This document shows, in pieces, positions 11,753 through 24,139 of a stretch of 64,000 nucleotides of DNA. This DNA is from Macrostomum lignano. Its lineage: Eukaryota. Position 1 is the first letter of the stretch. Each line of letters opens with the position of its first letter. The position numbers were made by a program, and so were the translations under genes. The stretch covers positions 1-64,000 of the forward strand of contig NIVC01001071.1 of assembly GCA_002269645.1 (NCBI GenBank), written 5' to 3'. The notes under the pieces are model-generated. The model had not been told where the DNA came from, ran no database searches, and saw only the letters and a list, made by a program, of their open reading frames with translations.

Positions 11753-12772
11753 TTGACCATGTTGGATTGCAATAGTTCCGTAATGGAAGATACGATTGAT
11801 ATAATGGCGGAAGACAATATCTTAGACAAGATTTTAGCTGACATTGAGATAGGAAGTGTAGAGGAAATTGAAGTAAGTGTGAGTGCAAAGACATCAGGAG
11901 ACAACGCCGTGATGGCAGCGGAACTGGCAAAGATGTCAGGTGACAACGCCGTGATGGCAGCAACAACGAAGTCATCAGGAAATGACACGGTGACGATAGC
12001 AGCAGTGGCGATGACGCCCAACAACAGCTCCGTGGTGGCGGAGGATGAAGAGGATCGCCCAACCAAGCAGCTGAAGTCGGTGATTATCAAGAGGACATCT
12101 ACTGAGACAGAAGGTGCGCAGTCAGCTAAGCGGCCTGCCCTGGGGAACCAGCCATTGGTTCCACACAACCCAAAGGCCCGAGCGCAGCTGCTTAGCAACC
12201 AAGCCAACAGGCCAGTGCCTGTCATTCTGGCCATCATGAAGTGGAAGCCACAAGGCATTTGTCTCGCCAGTCAATTCCAGCTGATTCAGCCGAGGCTGCC
12301 GGCAGCAGTTGGTAGGCGAGGACAACAAATAGCAGCGGCAGCAAGCTGCCGAGGGCCAGCAGCCACAGCGGCAGCAGCAGCAGCAATCGGCGGGCAGCCT
12401 GCGCCAAAATTGATGGCAGCTCTGACGCCAGTGCCGTCTACAGTTCCGAAGCGGCCACAGGATGCGGCAGCTTGTGGGTCAGCCAGCGCTGCAGACCTCA
12501 GCCTAGGCTCTGACTTCCCGGCCATGCTCGACAGGATCCCAAGAGCTCAACATGACCAATTGAAATGCTTTATCAAGATGTTGAAAGGGCACCTGATGCG
12601 CATAGTGTATCTACGCACAGATCGGCCAACTCTATGTCGGTGCATGCAGGCCAAACCAGTGCTGCGTCTACTGGTGCAGCAATTTGATCTGGAGTCTAGA
12701 ATCGCAGCGTGGCGCCAAGCAATCCAATATGCGCTGCTTAATCTGACACAGGTCGGGCAAACTTTCCATTGA
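11753..12772 (+). CDS. Extra (third) ORF of the Gypsy element, 339 aa, unknown function
   Basis: Open, GC-richer frame between pol and the 3' LTR: acidic N-terminus, Ala/Pro-rich middle, compact C-terminal region (DFPAMLDRIPRAQHDQLK...). No signal peptide or TM helix seen. The stop may be a CGA>TGA change, with the frame continuing to ~12871. Confidence 0.65.
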   Translation: MTMLDCNSSVMEDTIDIMAEDNILDKILADIEIGSVEEIEVSVSAKTSGDNAVMAAELAKMSGDNAVMAATTKSSGNDTVTIAAVAMTPNNSSVVAEDEEDRPTKQLKSVIIKRTSTETEGAQSAKRPALGNQPLVPHNPKARAQLLSNQANRPVPVILAIMKWKPQGICLASQFQLIQPRLPAAVGRRGQQIAAAASCRGPAATAAAAAAIGGQPAPKLMAALTPVPSTVPKRPQDAAACGSASAADLSLGSDFPAMLDRIPRAQHDQLKCFIKMLKGHLMRIVYLRTDRPTLCRCMQAKPVLRLLVQQFDLESRIAAWRQAIQYALLNLTQVGQTFH

Positions 12773-13373
12773 CTGCTTCTACAAATTGAGATCCGCTGGA
12801 TGGCGGATCAGCTCGGCTGCCTTACCACGATCAGCTGCCTGAGGAATTCAAACTCGAGCGTAATTAAGTAAATGAACTTTTGCAATTGTGAACTTACTTT
12901 TATTTGCATAAATTTCTATGCTAGTGCTATTTTTCTTTGTGAATTGCTTTTAATTGCGTGAATACTATTTTTTGCGCGAATTACTAGTGCTAGTGCTAAT
13001 TTTTCAGTGAATCTGTTTTATTTAGTGTAATTTTAAGACAATGCTATTTTTCTTTGCATGAATTTATGTTTTTGCTCTTATTTGGTTGAAGTTTCTGTAC
13101 TTGTTTTTTGTGAAGTAGCCTTTAGAAATTTCTTATTTTCTGCATGCACAATTTTTATTTTATGCTTATTTTTCTTTGGTGAACAATTGCTTGATGACTT
13201 AGTGCTTTTCAAATGTTTATTAGCAACTACATTGTCTTGTATTTGTGCCATTAATACATTGCTTAGTTTTTTATGAATATGTATTGTTGTTGTTTTCCAT
13301 TTATTACTTATATTAGTAGGCCTATCATTTTGTTCACTTAAAAATTTGCAAAATAATATTCAGGGAAGCCAAC

Positions 13374-14281
13374 TGTAGAAGGGCCTATGTTTAAATTAGT
13401 ATTTTCCCACGAAATCAAATTCCTGCCAAAATTTACAAGTACCGTATAATTTGTTTTAATTCACAAATTTGTTTTATCGAATATTTTTTGTTTTAGCGAA
13501 GTTAATAAATTTGTTTTAATTTTGTAGCGCAAACCAATAAGGAAAGACTTTGACTAATATAAATATAAGGTGAAGCTAGAACATTTTCTTTAACCTCAAC
13601 CTTTTGGGTTCCTAACTCAGTTAATAGGAAATTAAGATTTCTTGGTTCTTCTGAATTAGTCCTTTGAAGCAGTATTGCAGACTAAGTTACCATGTTGGAT
13701 AGCAAAAAGTGTTTTGCAAGTACAGTGATAAGCAGGGATTGCCAGTAAAGAGGGTGGAATACCCAGTGTAGAAAGGTGGAATACCCAGTGTAAGGGTGGA
13801 ATAGGGGCCTACCCAGTGTAGAAGGGTGGAATACCCAGTGTGAAGGTTGGATTACCCAGGGAGAATTTTCAGGTTGCTCAGATTAGCATAATGCAGTTCT
13901 AAGTCATGAGAAACAGTAGGCCTAATAAAAGAAGCTGGAAACCCCTCAGTCTATGGTAACACCGTGTTTGGACTGTAGAGTAGGAATTTAGCAATAATCA
14001 GCAGTGTTTTACTGCTTGGGCACTGAAGCTACCTAGGGTAATTCGTAGTGACAATAGCCCATAACATAAAAAGTACATATAAGTTTAGAAATAAGATTCT
14101 AGGAAATAGCAAATTTAGTGCATATTAGTACAGCTGAGTAGGATTAAATAGGCAGAAATAGATATAAACCTATAGCAACTTGGTGACTAATTGGTGGGAT
14201 CTCAGTAAGTAGCGATTAGGCCTGTAACAACTTTGTGGCATTAGTGGGATTCTGAGAGATGGAGGAAACAGGCCTGCTACA
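13374..14281 (+). repeat. 3' LTR
   Basis: Copy of 4787-5678, preceded by a weak purine-rich tract (cagggaagccaac) and followed by TSD ATAG. Confidence 0.95.
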
Positions 14282-15318
14282 ATAGTCTTAAAAAATCAAA
14301 TTTGAATAAAAAAGCATTTTTGCAAAGAATAGGCTAACTTTGCTTTGCAATACAATTATAGAGTAAAACAAAAAGTTCTAAGTTTTTGAAGCCCTCTAAG
14401 TTTTTATAAAATGAAGTATTTAAAGTTAAAGTAGGCCCCTATATATATTATTACTAAATATTATACAATTTATAGCATTGTAGCATAACTTTAACTTGGC
14501 CTTGGGTTGCTCTATATCAGTTAATACATTAGCTTTTTTATATCTCGACTCTGCACCCATGACCCATGGCTTAACTTCCAGAAATTCTATAGGCACTAGG
14601 GCCTAGTCTTATCTTTACAAACTGCAAGAAATTTCTGTCTTACCCAATATCTAGGCCTAGCAAATATCAACTAGAAAAAATTTCTTTTTTATACTTTTTA
14701 TAGAGAGATAAATAGACCTGGGAATAGGATAGGGCAGGGCGGCTAGGCCTATATAGATTTTATTAGGCCTAGGCCTAAAAAGAAGGTAGAGCACACTGTT
14801 GGTCGGAGTGCTATATTCTAAATCTCAAATATTATAGGCCTAATGATATTTATTAGATCTACACATTGCCCGGCGCCGGCGTTCAAGAAATTGGCAGCCA
14901 AATTCAGACATACAATCAATAATCGCATCGCGCGTCGAGGTCCACGCGCAAACGTAAACAATTTTATATAATTTAATACTTGCATGCGATCCTAACTTAT
15001 GTAGCTTATTTTGAAAAGTTTTATTATACTTTAAAATAAATTCATAGTAATTTTTTATTTACCGCTGTAACTTTAGCTTACATCTTTTCGTTTTAAGAGC
15101 CATATTAAAAATTATTTGTTTGACTTAAGGCATGACTCGGGACGTAGTTTAATTTTAGAAGTGCCAGATAAAATTGTGCAATACACTCCTTCACTTCACT
15201 TTATGTTATTTAATTATCAACAGTAAAGCAACCGGCCGTTTTTGTTTACGTATTTAATATCAAATTAAAGTTTCTGACAGCCTTATTTTTAACTGCTTTT
15301 GACTGATTGTTAGTAACG

Positions 15319-18300
15319 ATGCCGAAGAATAAAGGTATGATATGAATCTATTAATCCCATTTTCTACTCAAACTTTTATTAGGCCCCTAGGCAATCATTA
15401 TCAATTACACTATCATTTTTAATTCTAAATTTTGTCGGTCGGTAGTCATTCACTATTAATTTATTAGGTATTTGATTTTATCTCTTTGTTGTAAGTAATT
15501 TATGTTAAAATCGTTTTCCATTATTTATAATGTAGAATGAATTCCGGTTGTTTCGCCCCTAGACTGTTTTAGCCATATTCTGTTTGCCCATAAACCAGTT
15601 TGTCTATAGGCGTTTTGGTCAAAATGGTGTTTATGCCATAGTCCAGAAGGTGGCCTTTACACCAGAAAATTCAGGCATATTTTTGCCATCACTGACAATC
15701 TTGGCATACTGCATACATTTGGTGTATAGAATTTTCAAGTTTAGCATGAGGTGTACACAGTTGGCATACAAAAGATAAGCCAAGTTCAGGGCTAATGTAA
15801 TTGTGTAGTTAAATATCAACTAAGAGGTGTGTTTACAAAAATTGGGAACTAAAAAAACAAAAATATTAATGCAATTTACAAAAAGTAAAGATTAAAACAA
15901 AGCCAAATGATATTAGGTTTAGATTTTAGCAAAAAATACTCCTTGTAACATTTAGTACAATTGTTATGTTTTTTTAAAATATGTTTTTTAAAAAAATTGG
16001 CATATAAACAACTTTGAGCTTGGCATAAACATTTTTAGAGCCTAATTTTGTTAGTGTAAAATTAAAAAACCATAAATTTTTATATTGTCATATGCCTGCC
16101 ATGATCCAGACTATGGTACTACCCGAGAAAAAAAAACAAACCAAACTTGCTAAGTACTTGGTAAGTCAACAATGCAACCTTGTGGCAAGTACTGCCTAAG
16201 TACTGTCTAAGTTTTCCAAGTACACTCAATAAGTACTTTCCAAGTATGCAATGTTTTCTCCAGTCACTTCTCAAGTACTTTCCAAGTATGCAATGTTTTC
16301 TCCAGTCACTTCTCAAGTACTTTCCAAGTATGCAATGTTTTCTCCAGTCACTTCTCAAGTACTTTCCAAGTATACAATGTTTTCTCCAGTCACTTCTCAA
16401 GTACTTTCCAAGTATGCAATGTTTTCTCCAGTCACTTCTCAAGTACTTTCCAAGTATGCAATGTTTTCTCCAGTCACTTCTCAAGTACTTTCCAAGTATG
16501 TAATGTTTTCTCTAGTCACTTCTCAAGTACTTTCCAAGTATGCAATGTTTTCTCAAGTCACTTCTAGAGTACTTTCCAAGTATACAATGTTTTCTCTAGT
16601 CACTTCTCAAGTACTTTCCAAGTATGCAATGTTTTCTCCAGTCACTTCTCAAGTACTTTCCAAGTATGTAATATTTTCTCCAGTCACTTCTCAAGTACTT
16701 TCCAAGTATGCAATGTTTTCTCCAGTCACTTCTCAAGTACTTTCCAAGTATGCAATGTTTTCTCCAGTCACTTCTCAAGTACTTTCCAAGTATGCAATGT
16801 TTTCTCCAGTCACTTCTCAAGTACTTTCCAAGTATGCAATGTTTTCTCAAGTCACTTCTCAAGTACTTTCCAAGTATGGAATGTTTTCTTAAATCACTTT
16901 TCAGGTACCTTCCAAGTATGCAATGTTCACAAGAGCTATAAATACTTATCACATTTTAAAGTGATTTAGGTGACTTATTTATGAGAAAGTATATGGTTCC
17001 AAGTGTGAACCTATTAAATATATAATTTATCTATAGAGCACTTGGCAAAATGTTGATACTCATACCATGGACTTGCAAAAAATACAAAAAAACAAAAAAT
17101 AATTCCATCATACAGAATTTCACTTGTTAAAAAAATTCAACAAGCAATAGGGAGCTTCAAAATAATTGTAAAGTGTACTGTTATATTGTATTCAAAGTAT
17201 TGATGCACATAAAAGTTGCAACTTAACAAATTATTCAGATGATCACAGGCAGAAAAAATGCAAGACAAAGAAAAAGCAGCATAAAAAATGGACAATTATA
17301 TAGCTAACAAATCTTCATTGTTTTCAGCAGGTTTTTTAAATGTAGATGATGACATTTATAGATGGTAGCTGAAATGGAAATTTAAGTGAATATGAATAAT
17401 TATATTTCACAAAAAATTAAACCATGTAAATTCTACCCAGGTAATAGTTCTTAATCTAAAGAAATGCTAATTAAATGCACTTTATAATATAATTACTATT
17501 TTGAGACTAATAGCAGTCTTTTTTTAATGTAATAAATAAGTCTAAATATTTTTATAGAGATATTATAAAATATAGAAAGTATTGAAATCTAAATATATTC
17601 CAAACAAAAATATTACTTTGCTTTTCAATAAAAATTTAATTTAGGCCTTGTCCTTAATAGACCAATAATATAACATAGTTTATAAATATACTTAAATATT
17701 TTTTATTATAAATTGCTTAATTTTCTGATCTTAAAATCTAAATCATCAAATATACTAAAAATAAAAGTATTCTATAAACAAAAAATAAAATTTTAAGTCT
17801 AAATACTTCTAGGCGTATAATTAAAAACTAACTAGGCTTATATTATATTTCTAATAAGCTAAAGACAATTTATTAGACTGATTATAATTATAATTGGGCC
17901 TAATCAACAGATATTCTAAGACTTAATAAAACAATATTATTACTACTAATCTATTATCAATAAAAGTCAAAAATTTGCAATCAAAATTAATAACATAGCC
18001 TGGATAATTCTAGTCCAGCTGTCTAAAATTAAAAAAAAAGTATTTTTACTCTGAAGCATTTCTTGTACTTTTTACAATGACATTAAATCTGAAACTGAAG
18101 ATTAAAAACAGAAGCTAAAAGGCAAAACTGTAAACAAGGTCAAGGTTAGATAAGGGAGGCCAGATGATTTTTCCTATATATATACTAACCATTATGCAGA
18201 TCAAGACAATAATTCTTAAGTCACAACTCACAAAAGTCAGTTTTAAAATTTTATCTATATTTATATTCTGAGTCAGTATCAGTATTATACTAAGCCCATA

Positions 18301-21300
18301 TGACTATAATATTAGCCTTCTAAAAAAAACTAGTTAAAGATCTAGTTAAAGAAGCCAAGAAGGCAGGCCTATGCCTATAGGGCATAGTGGGTAGGCTGGC
18401 CTACTGGGCCATATAAAATGTCAATTACAATAACTATAGTCAGCCAATTGTTGAGCGACAAGGTATATCAACTACTATATGAAATAAAATCGGCAACAAA
18501 TAATTGCTAAAAGGCCTATCTAACTAAAGCCTAAGTTTGAAAAGAAAGATAAAAGGACAATTTTACACAAACCTATGCAAAAGCGAAAATTAGAATTTTC
18601 GTTTCGAATTTTGACAGTTTAAACTGTTAAAAACTGTTAAGTTTGTTTTGTGAGCGGGTGCGATGTCAGCTAAATAAAAGCTGTTATCCTGCTGGTAAAA
18701 AATGTGTATGTACGGATTTTGCAAACTTGGAAAGTCGAACCAAGTAGGCTCTACTTTGGATACTTTCCAAGTACTTGGATGTAGACATCGGAAGTGTACT
18801 TTGCAAACTTGGAAAGTCGAACCAAGTAGGCTCTACTTTGGATACTTTCTAAGTACTTGGATGTAGACATCGGAAGTGTACTTTGCAAACTTGGAAAGTC
18901 GAACCAAGTAGGCTCTACTTTGGATACTTTCCAAGTACTTGGATGTAGACATCGGAAGTGTACTTTGCAAACTTGGAAAGTCGAACCAAGTAGGCTCTAC
19001 TTTGGATACTTTCAAAGTACTTGGATGTAGACATCGGAAGTGTACTTTGCAAACTTGGAAAGTCAAACCAAGTAGGCTCTACTTTGGATACTTTCTAAGT
19101 ACTTGGATGTAGACATCGGAAGTGTACTTTGCAAACTTGGAAAGTCGAACCAAGTAGGCTCTACTTTGGATACTTTCCAAGTACTTGGATGTAGACATCG
19201 GAAGTGTACTTTGCAAACTTGGAAAGTCGAACCAAGTAGGCTCTACCAGTGGCGTAGGGAGGGGGGATCAGGGGGGATGTATCCCCCCCCCGAAGAGCCT
19301 GACCAAAACTTTTTTGTTGCACTTTTTCGCTATACATGCTACCATGTGAGCACTTTTACCTTGGTGTATCCCCCCCGTAGGAAATTCACCTTGGTGTATC
19401 CCCCCGTAGGAAATTCCTGGCTACGCCCCTGGGCTCTACTTTGGATACTTTCCAAGTACTTGGATGTAGACATCGGAAGTGTACTTTGCAAACTTGGAAA
19501 GTCGAACCAAGTAGGCTCTACTTTGGATACTTTCTAAGTACTTGGATGTAGACATCGGAAGTGTACTTTGCAAACTTGGAAAATCAAACCAAGTAGGCTC
19601 TACTTTGGATACTTTCTAAGTACTTGGATGTAGACATCGGAAGTGTACTTTGCAAACTTGGAAAGTCGATTGAAGTTGGGTAAAAACATTGCATACTTTT
19701 TAAGTACATGACAATGATACTTTGCAAACTTGGTAAGTCAACAATGTCATCCAAGTACATGGTTGACTTGGAAAGTTTAGCATGTTTTTTTTTCCCGGGT
19801 AGCAATCTTTGCCCCCCCTGTTGGGGGACATCTGTATAGAATCTCTGTTCTCTACAAGTAACAGAAAGATAGCGAAGTAAAGCCTTCACAAAGAAAACAG
19901 ACAAAATACTCAAATGAAGTGCAATGCAAAAATAAATCATCCAAAGATAGCAAGCATCCCCTAGATAGCAAGCATCCCCCAGATTGCAAGCATCCCCCAG
20001 ATAGCAAGCATCCCCTAGATAGCAAGCATCCCCCAGATAGCAAGCATCTCCCAGATAGCAAGCATCCCCCAGATAGCAAGCATCCCCTAGATAGCAAGCA
20101 TCCCCAAGATAGATAGCATCCCCAAATAGCAAGCATCCACCAGACGATCAGTAGCTAGTGCGACAATTTCCTTAGCATTATAGCGGCTCCTTTAAAATTC
20201 ACTTACTTTTACGTTTGAAATTGTGTATCTTTTATGTTTAACAGGGTGGCTCTTTTATATTCTACATTGTGGCTCTTTTTTGTTCTACATGGTAACTCTT
20301 ATGTTTGATATGGTGGCTTTTCAATGTCTGACATGGTGGCTCTTCTATGTTTGACAGAGTGGCTCTTCTATGTTTGACAAAGTGGCTTTTTAATGTTTGA
20401 CATGGTGGCTCTTTTATGTTCAACATGGTAGCTCATTTATGTTCGATATAGTGGCTCTTTTATGTTCAACATGGTGGCTCTTTAATGTTTAACATGGTGG
20501 CTCTTTTATGTTCGAAATGGTAGCTCATTTATGTTTGACATGGTGGCTCTTTTAGGTTTGACATGGCGGCTCTTTAATGTTCGAAATGGTGGCTCTTTAA
20601 TGTTCGAAATGGTGGCTTTTTTATGTTCGACATGGTGGCTCTTTTATGTTCAATATTGCGCTTCTTTTATGTTTAGCAGTTTTGTGTGTTTTTAATGTGT
20701 TTTAATAAAAAAATTTTTGCACTAATAAAATTTGAACTTAGGTTGCTACATTAGCATTCCAGTCTGTTCGCAGCTGGGCTATCTCTTTTTAATTGGAGAA
20801 CATTAATTATGGCCCTTATAATTCAATTCTTACAGCAAGTTGGTTAGAGTAAAAAGTTATGACATAATCAATTTCTCAGTCAGCCAGTATCAGTCCCAAT
20901 TTAAGTTAGCAATATGGTTACGCAATTTCAATCAAGTCGGGTGTGCATTTCTTCGACACTGTTTTCAACTTGTTGTGATGCAATCTTTATCACAATCGGA
21001 ATTCAGCCAGTCAGTTTTTTCTCTAGCATTCTTACAATGCATTTTAAATTGAAAGTTCTGCTTGACCTTTGCAAAAAAAGCATGTTTTTTTTATATTTAA
21101 TGCCTTTATAGCATTGAGCAATTTCTTAGCCAAGATGCATGTACTGTCCCAGGAAAATTTCTGATCAAATAGTGCAAGTTTGAAGAAAATCAGTTGAGTC
21201 ATTTTTTTTCGGAAATCTATCTTAAGTGCATGCCCATATATGCATAACCTTGGGAATCACTTGGCCATTTCTATTGGCAACACACATGTAAGTTGCTATT

Positions 21301-24139
21301 GGCTGATGACTACTATTCCATCTAATAGCAATTTACATGTATATGTTGCCAATAGAAACAGCTGGGTGAATCTGTAGGTTGCGCCCAAGCATGTGCATAC
21401 CCATTCTAAAATTTGAATCTATTCCTTTTTTGTATTGCAACAATAAATGACCTTTTTGAATTGCATCAAGGAACCTTTTGGCTAATATCTTGGTTAATTT
21501 TTTGCTTTTTTGTTAGTACTATTTATTTAAAGCAAAAATGAAAACATGCAAAGATTTGTTTAAATGCCTTGTTATAGTTTTTTAAATTATAAAACTTCAA
21601 ATTTATACTTTAAATGATCTTTTTTTTCTATTTAACACAAACTTTTCTGCATGATTCTATAATATAAAGTGCATGCCAAATGTGTATGCATACTATTTTC
21701 TTAGAAGTGATTCATGCCAACTATGCATAGTACTTTTGGCATGCAAAGCAAAACAATAAACATATAAAGTGCATATATATTTCTAGTAAACATAATAATT
21801 CACTTTAGTAAAGATTCTAATCACTTTGTCAATTGCCAACTTGTCAACTTGGCTATCTAAAAGGGTATTATTCTGGCAGCCAAAGTGTATGCAACAGGCA
21901 GCACCAGTGCAGCCGCACTGAAAACCCCCCCAACCTCTGTCTAGCTGAGGTGGGGTAGGTGCATACTAACCAAAAATTGTGTAATTTAGAATCTCTGAGT
22001 TAGCAACTAGAAATTATAGCATCTATTTTTTATCCATGCAAAGTTCATAGCACTTGTCCTAGATTGTATAATTAAGTAGCTTTTTAATTCTAGTTGAAAT
22101 TGCCACTGGCATAGGATATTCTTGTTTGCTTGAAACAATGAAAAATTTCAAATTTAATTTAATTTAGCAAATTTATAAGGTGCAACTTGAAGGATTGGAA
22201 AGCCTCTAGCTAAAAGTTAAAGCTAATATCAATATGATACTTGTACTAGGATTTTTGTAGGCTGTCAATGACCTTGTAAAGCCCTAGAAATAAAATTAAA
22301 TAGCTTTTATAAATCAGTCTAAAAACCAGAGTCATGACTAACAAAACAAAATTTATGCTGACTGGTTCAAGTTATATTCTACAAAATTATTATTATTACT
22401 TAAATAGTTGTATATTTATGTATCACTTTGTAACAGTTGTAAAAAATCATGAAACTAGTTTTTGTTAAATCTCTGCTACACCCAACTTCAAGGCAATAAA
22501 AATAAAACCCGAAAAATGGCCAGAAATAACCCAGTAAAAATTGGGCAAAGAACCTTTGCTTCCAGGTGCTTATCTTATTTGCAGTTGTAATTATAATAGA
22601 ACAGTAATTACCAAACATGATTTTGAACTTATAATTGTGTAATATAATCCTAATTAATCCCAGGAAAGGGAGGCAAGAATCGCCGGCGAGGTAAGAATGA
22701 AAACGAGTCAATGAAGCGCGAACTGGTGTACAAGGAGGATGGTCAGGAGTATGGCAAAGTTGAGAAGATGCTCGGCAACGGCCGCTTAGAGGCCTATTGT
22801 TTCGATGGCGTGAAACGGCTGTGTCATATTCGCGGCAAACTGCGCAAGAAGGTATGGATTAATCAGGGCGATATTATCTTGGTGGGCCTGCGCGATTATC
22901 AGGACACCAAGGCCGATGTTATCATGAAGTACAACCCTGACGAGGTCCGGAATCTGAAGACCTACGGAGAGATCCCCGAGTCTGGTAAGTTGCTTAAATT
23001 TGTCACAATCAGTGCCACATCAATGCCATGGTGCCGTAATGTCTCCGCTTTCAGTGTCACAATCTGTCACTTTCAGTTCTAAAATCTGTCACTTTCAGTG
23101 TCACAATCTGTCACTTTCAGTGTCACAATCTGTCACTTTCAGTGTCACAATCTGTCACTTTCAGTGCCACAATCTGTCACTTTCAGTGTCACAATCTGTC
23201 ACTTTCAGTGTCACAATCTGTCACTTTCACAATCAGTGCCACAATCTGTCACTTTCAGTGTCACAATCTGTCACTTTCACAATCAGTGCCACAATCTGTC
23301 ACTTTCAGTGTCACAATCTGTCACTTTCACAATCAGTGCCACAATCTTTCACTTTACTTTCACAATCAGTGCCACAATCTGTCACTTTCACAATCAGTGT
23401 CACAATCTGTCACTTTCACAATCAGTGCCACAATCTGTCACTTTCACAATCAGTGTCACAATCTGTCACTTTCAAATTCAGTGTCACAATCTGTCACTTT
23501 CACAATCAGTGCCACAATCTGTCACTTTCACAATCAGTGTCACAATCTGTCACTTTCACAATCAGTGCCACAATCTGTCACTTTCACAATCAGTGCCACA
23601 ATCTGTCACTTTCACAATCAGTGCCACAATCTGTCACTTTCACAATCAGTGCCACAATCTGTCACTTTCACATTCAGTGCCACAATCTGTCACTTTCACA
23701 ATCAGTGCCACAATCTGTCACTTTCACAATCAGTGCCACAATCTGTCACTTTCACAATCGGTGTCACAATATGTCACTTTCACATTCAGTGTCACAATCT
23801 GTCACTTTCACATTCAGTGCCACAATCTTTCACTTTCACAATCAGTGTCACAATCTGTCAAAGAACTACAATAAAACTTGGTGGCCTTCTCAGCCAGACA
23901 GGCTTTATTATTATTGCTTTGTTCTACATTTACTAAAATTTCCATAGCTTTCTACTATCAGTAGACTGGCGCTCATCAATTCCAATTAAACCTCCCATCC
24001 TGCGCCAGTGAAAATCGAGGAGGACGCGGACATTGCATTCGATCACACTGCCGTCTTCCCTGACGACGCCGGCGACTCAGCAGAATCGGACAGTGAAACT
24101 GACAAATCCGATAGCGAAGAGGACATTGACGACATTTGA
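15319..24139 (+). CDS. eIF1A: Eukaryotic translation initiation factor 1A (3 exons, 155 aa)
   Basis: Exons 15319-15334 (ATGCCGAAGAATAAAG|gt), 22664-22984 (cag|GAAAGGGAGGC...TCTG|gtaagt) and 24009-24139 (cag|TGAAA...TGA) splice in frame: [86 protein letters not shown]...DSEEDIDDI*. Confidence 0.97.
16227..16925 (+). repeat. 42-bp tandem array (~16 copies)
   Basis: Unit aagtactttccaagtatgcaatgttttctccagtcacttctc. Confidence 0.95.
18718..19668 (+). repeat. 82-bp tandem array interrupted by a MITE
   Basis: Unit gcaaacttggaaagtcgaaccaagtaggctctactttggatactttccaagtacttggatgtagacatcggaagtgtacttt; shares the core tactttccaagta with the 42-bp array. Confidence 0.95.
19247..19431. mobile_element. hAT-type MITE (185 bp)
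   Basis: TIRs CAGTGGCGTAG...CTACGCCCCTG flanked by an exact 8-bp TSD GGCTCTAC (19239-19246 / 19432-19439). Confidence 0.9.
19800..21245 (-). mobile_element. Non-autonomous Helitron copy (same family as the 43.9-64 kb array) in eIF1A intron 1
   Basis: Reverse complement has the family 5' region, a short 23-bp satellite (~20250-20670), 18-bp gcttgctatctgggggat repeats (~19945-20140) and the 3' hairpin gtcccccaacaggggggg. The terminal CTAG is split by the TIR element (remaining bases at 16119-16121). Confidence 0.85.
23050..23862 (+). repeat. 22/28-bp minisatellite in eIF1A intron 2
   Basis: Unit cacaatctgtcactttcagtgt grades into cacaatctgtcactttcacaatcagtgc. Confidence 0.95.

Larger units (their letters stand above)
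4787..14281 (+). mobile_element. Full-length, inactivated Ty3/Gypsy LTR retrotransposon (~9.5 kb)
   Basis: LTRs 4787-5678 and 13374-14281, both TGTAGAAGGG...CTGCTACA. 4-bp TSD ATAG (4783-4786 / 14282-14285). PBS follows the 5' LTR. gag then pol in PR-RT-RH-INT order; many stops and frameshifts. Confidence 0.97.
16122..19799. mobile_element. Non-autonomous TIR element with CCC...GGG ends, TA duplication and subterminal tandem arrays (CMC/EnSpm-like)
   Basis: Left end TA|CCCGAGAAAAAAAAACA; right end TGTTTTTTTTTTCCCGGG|TA. A 42-bp array lies inside the left end and an 82-bp array inside the right end. The AT-rich core has no recognisable ORF. Superfamily is inferred from the termini only. Confidence 0.75.

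Noticed and set aside
9135-12525. Antisense ORFs within the Gypsy element (9135-9542, 11009-11311, 11731-12258 etc.)
   Set aside because: Low-complexity mirror frames of purine-rich or GC-rich sense coding sequence.
11753-12772. env gene (errantivirus-like)
   Set aside because: No signal peptide, furin-site/fusion-peptide layout or C-terminal TM helix is visible.
16950-18700. Transposase remnant in the core of the TIR element
   Set aside because: Too decayed; no motif could be read with confidence in any frame.
22400-22711. Minus-strand 103-aa ORF overlapping eIF1A exon 2
   Set aside because: AT-rich intronic sequence plus antisense of a conserved exon; no recognisable motif.
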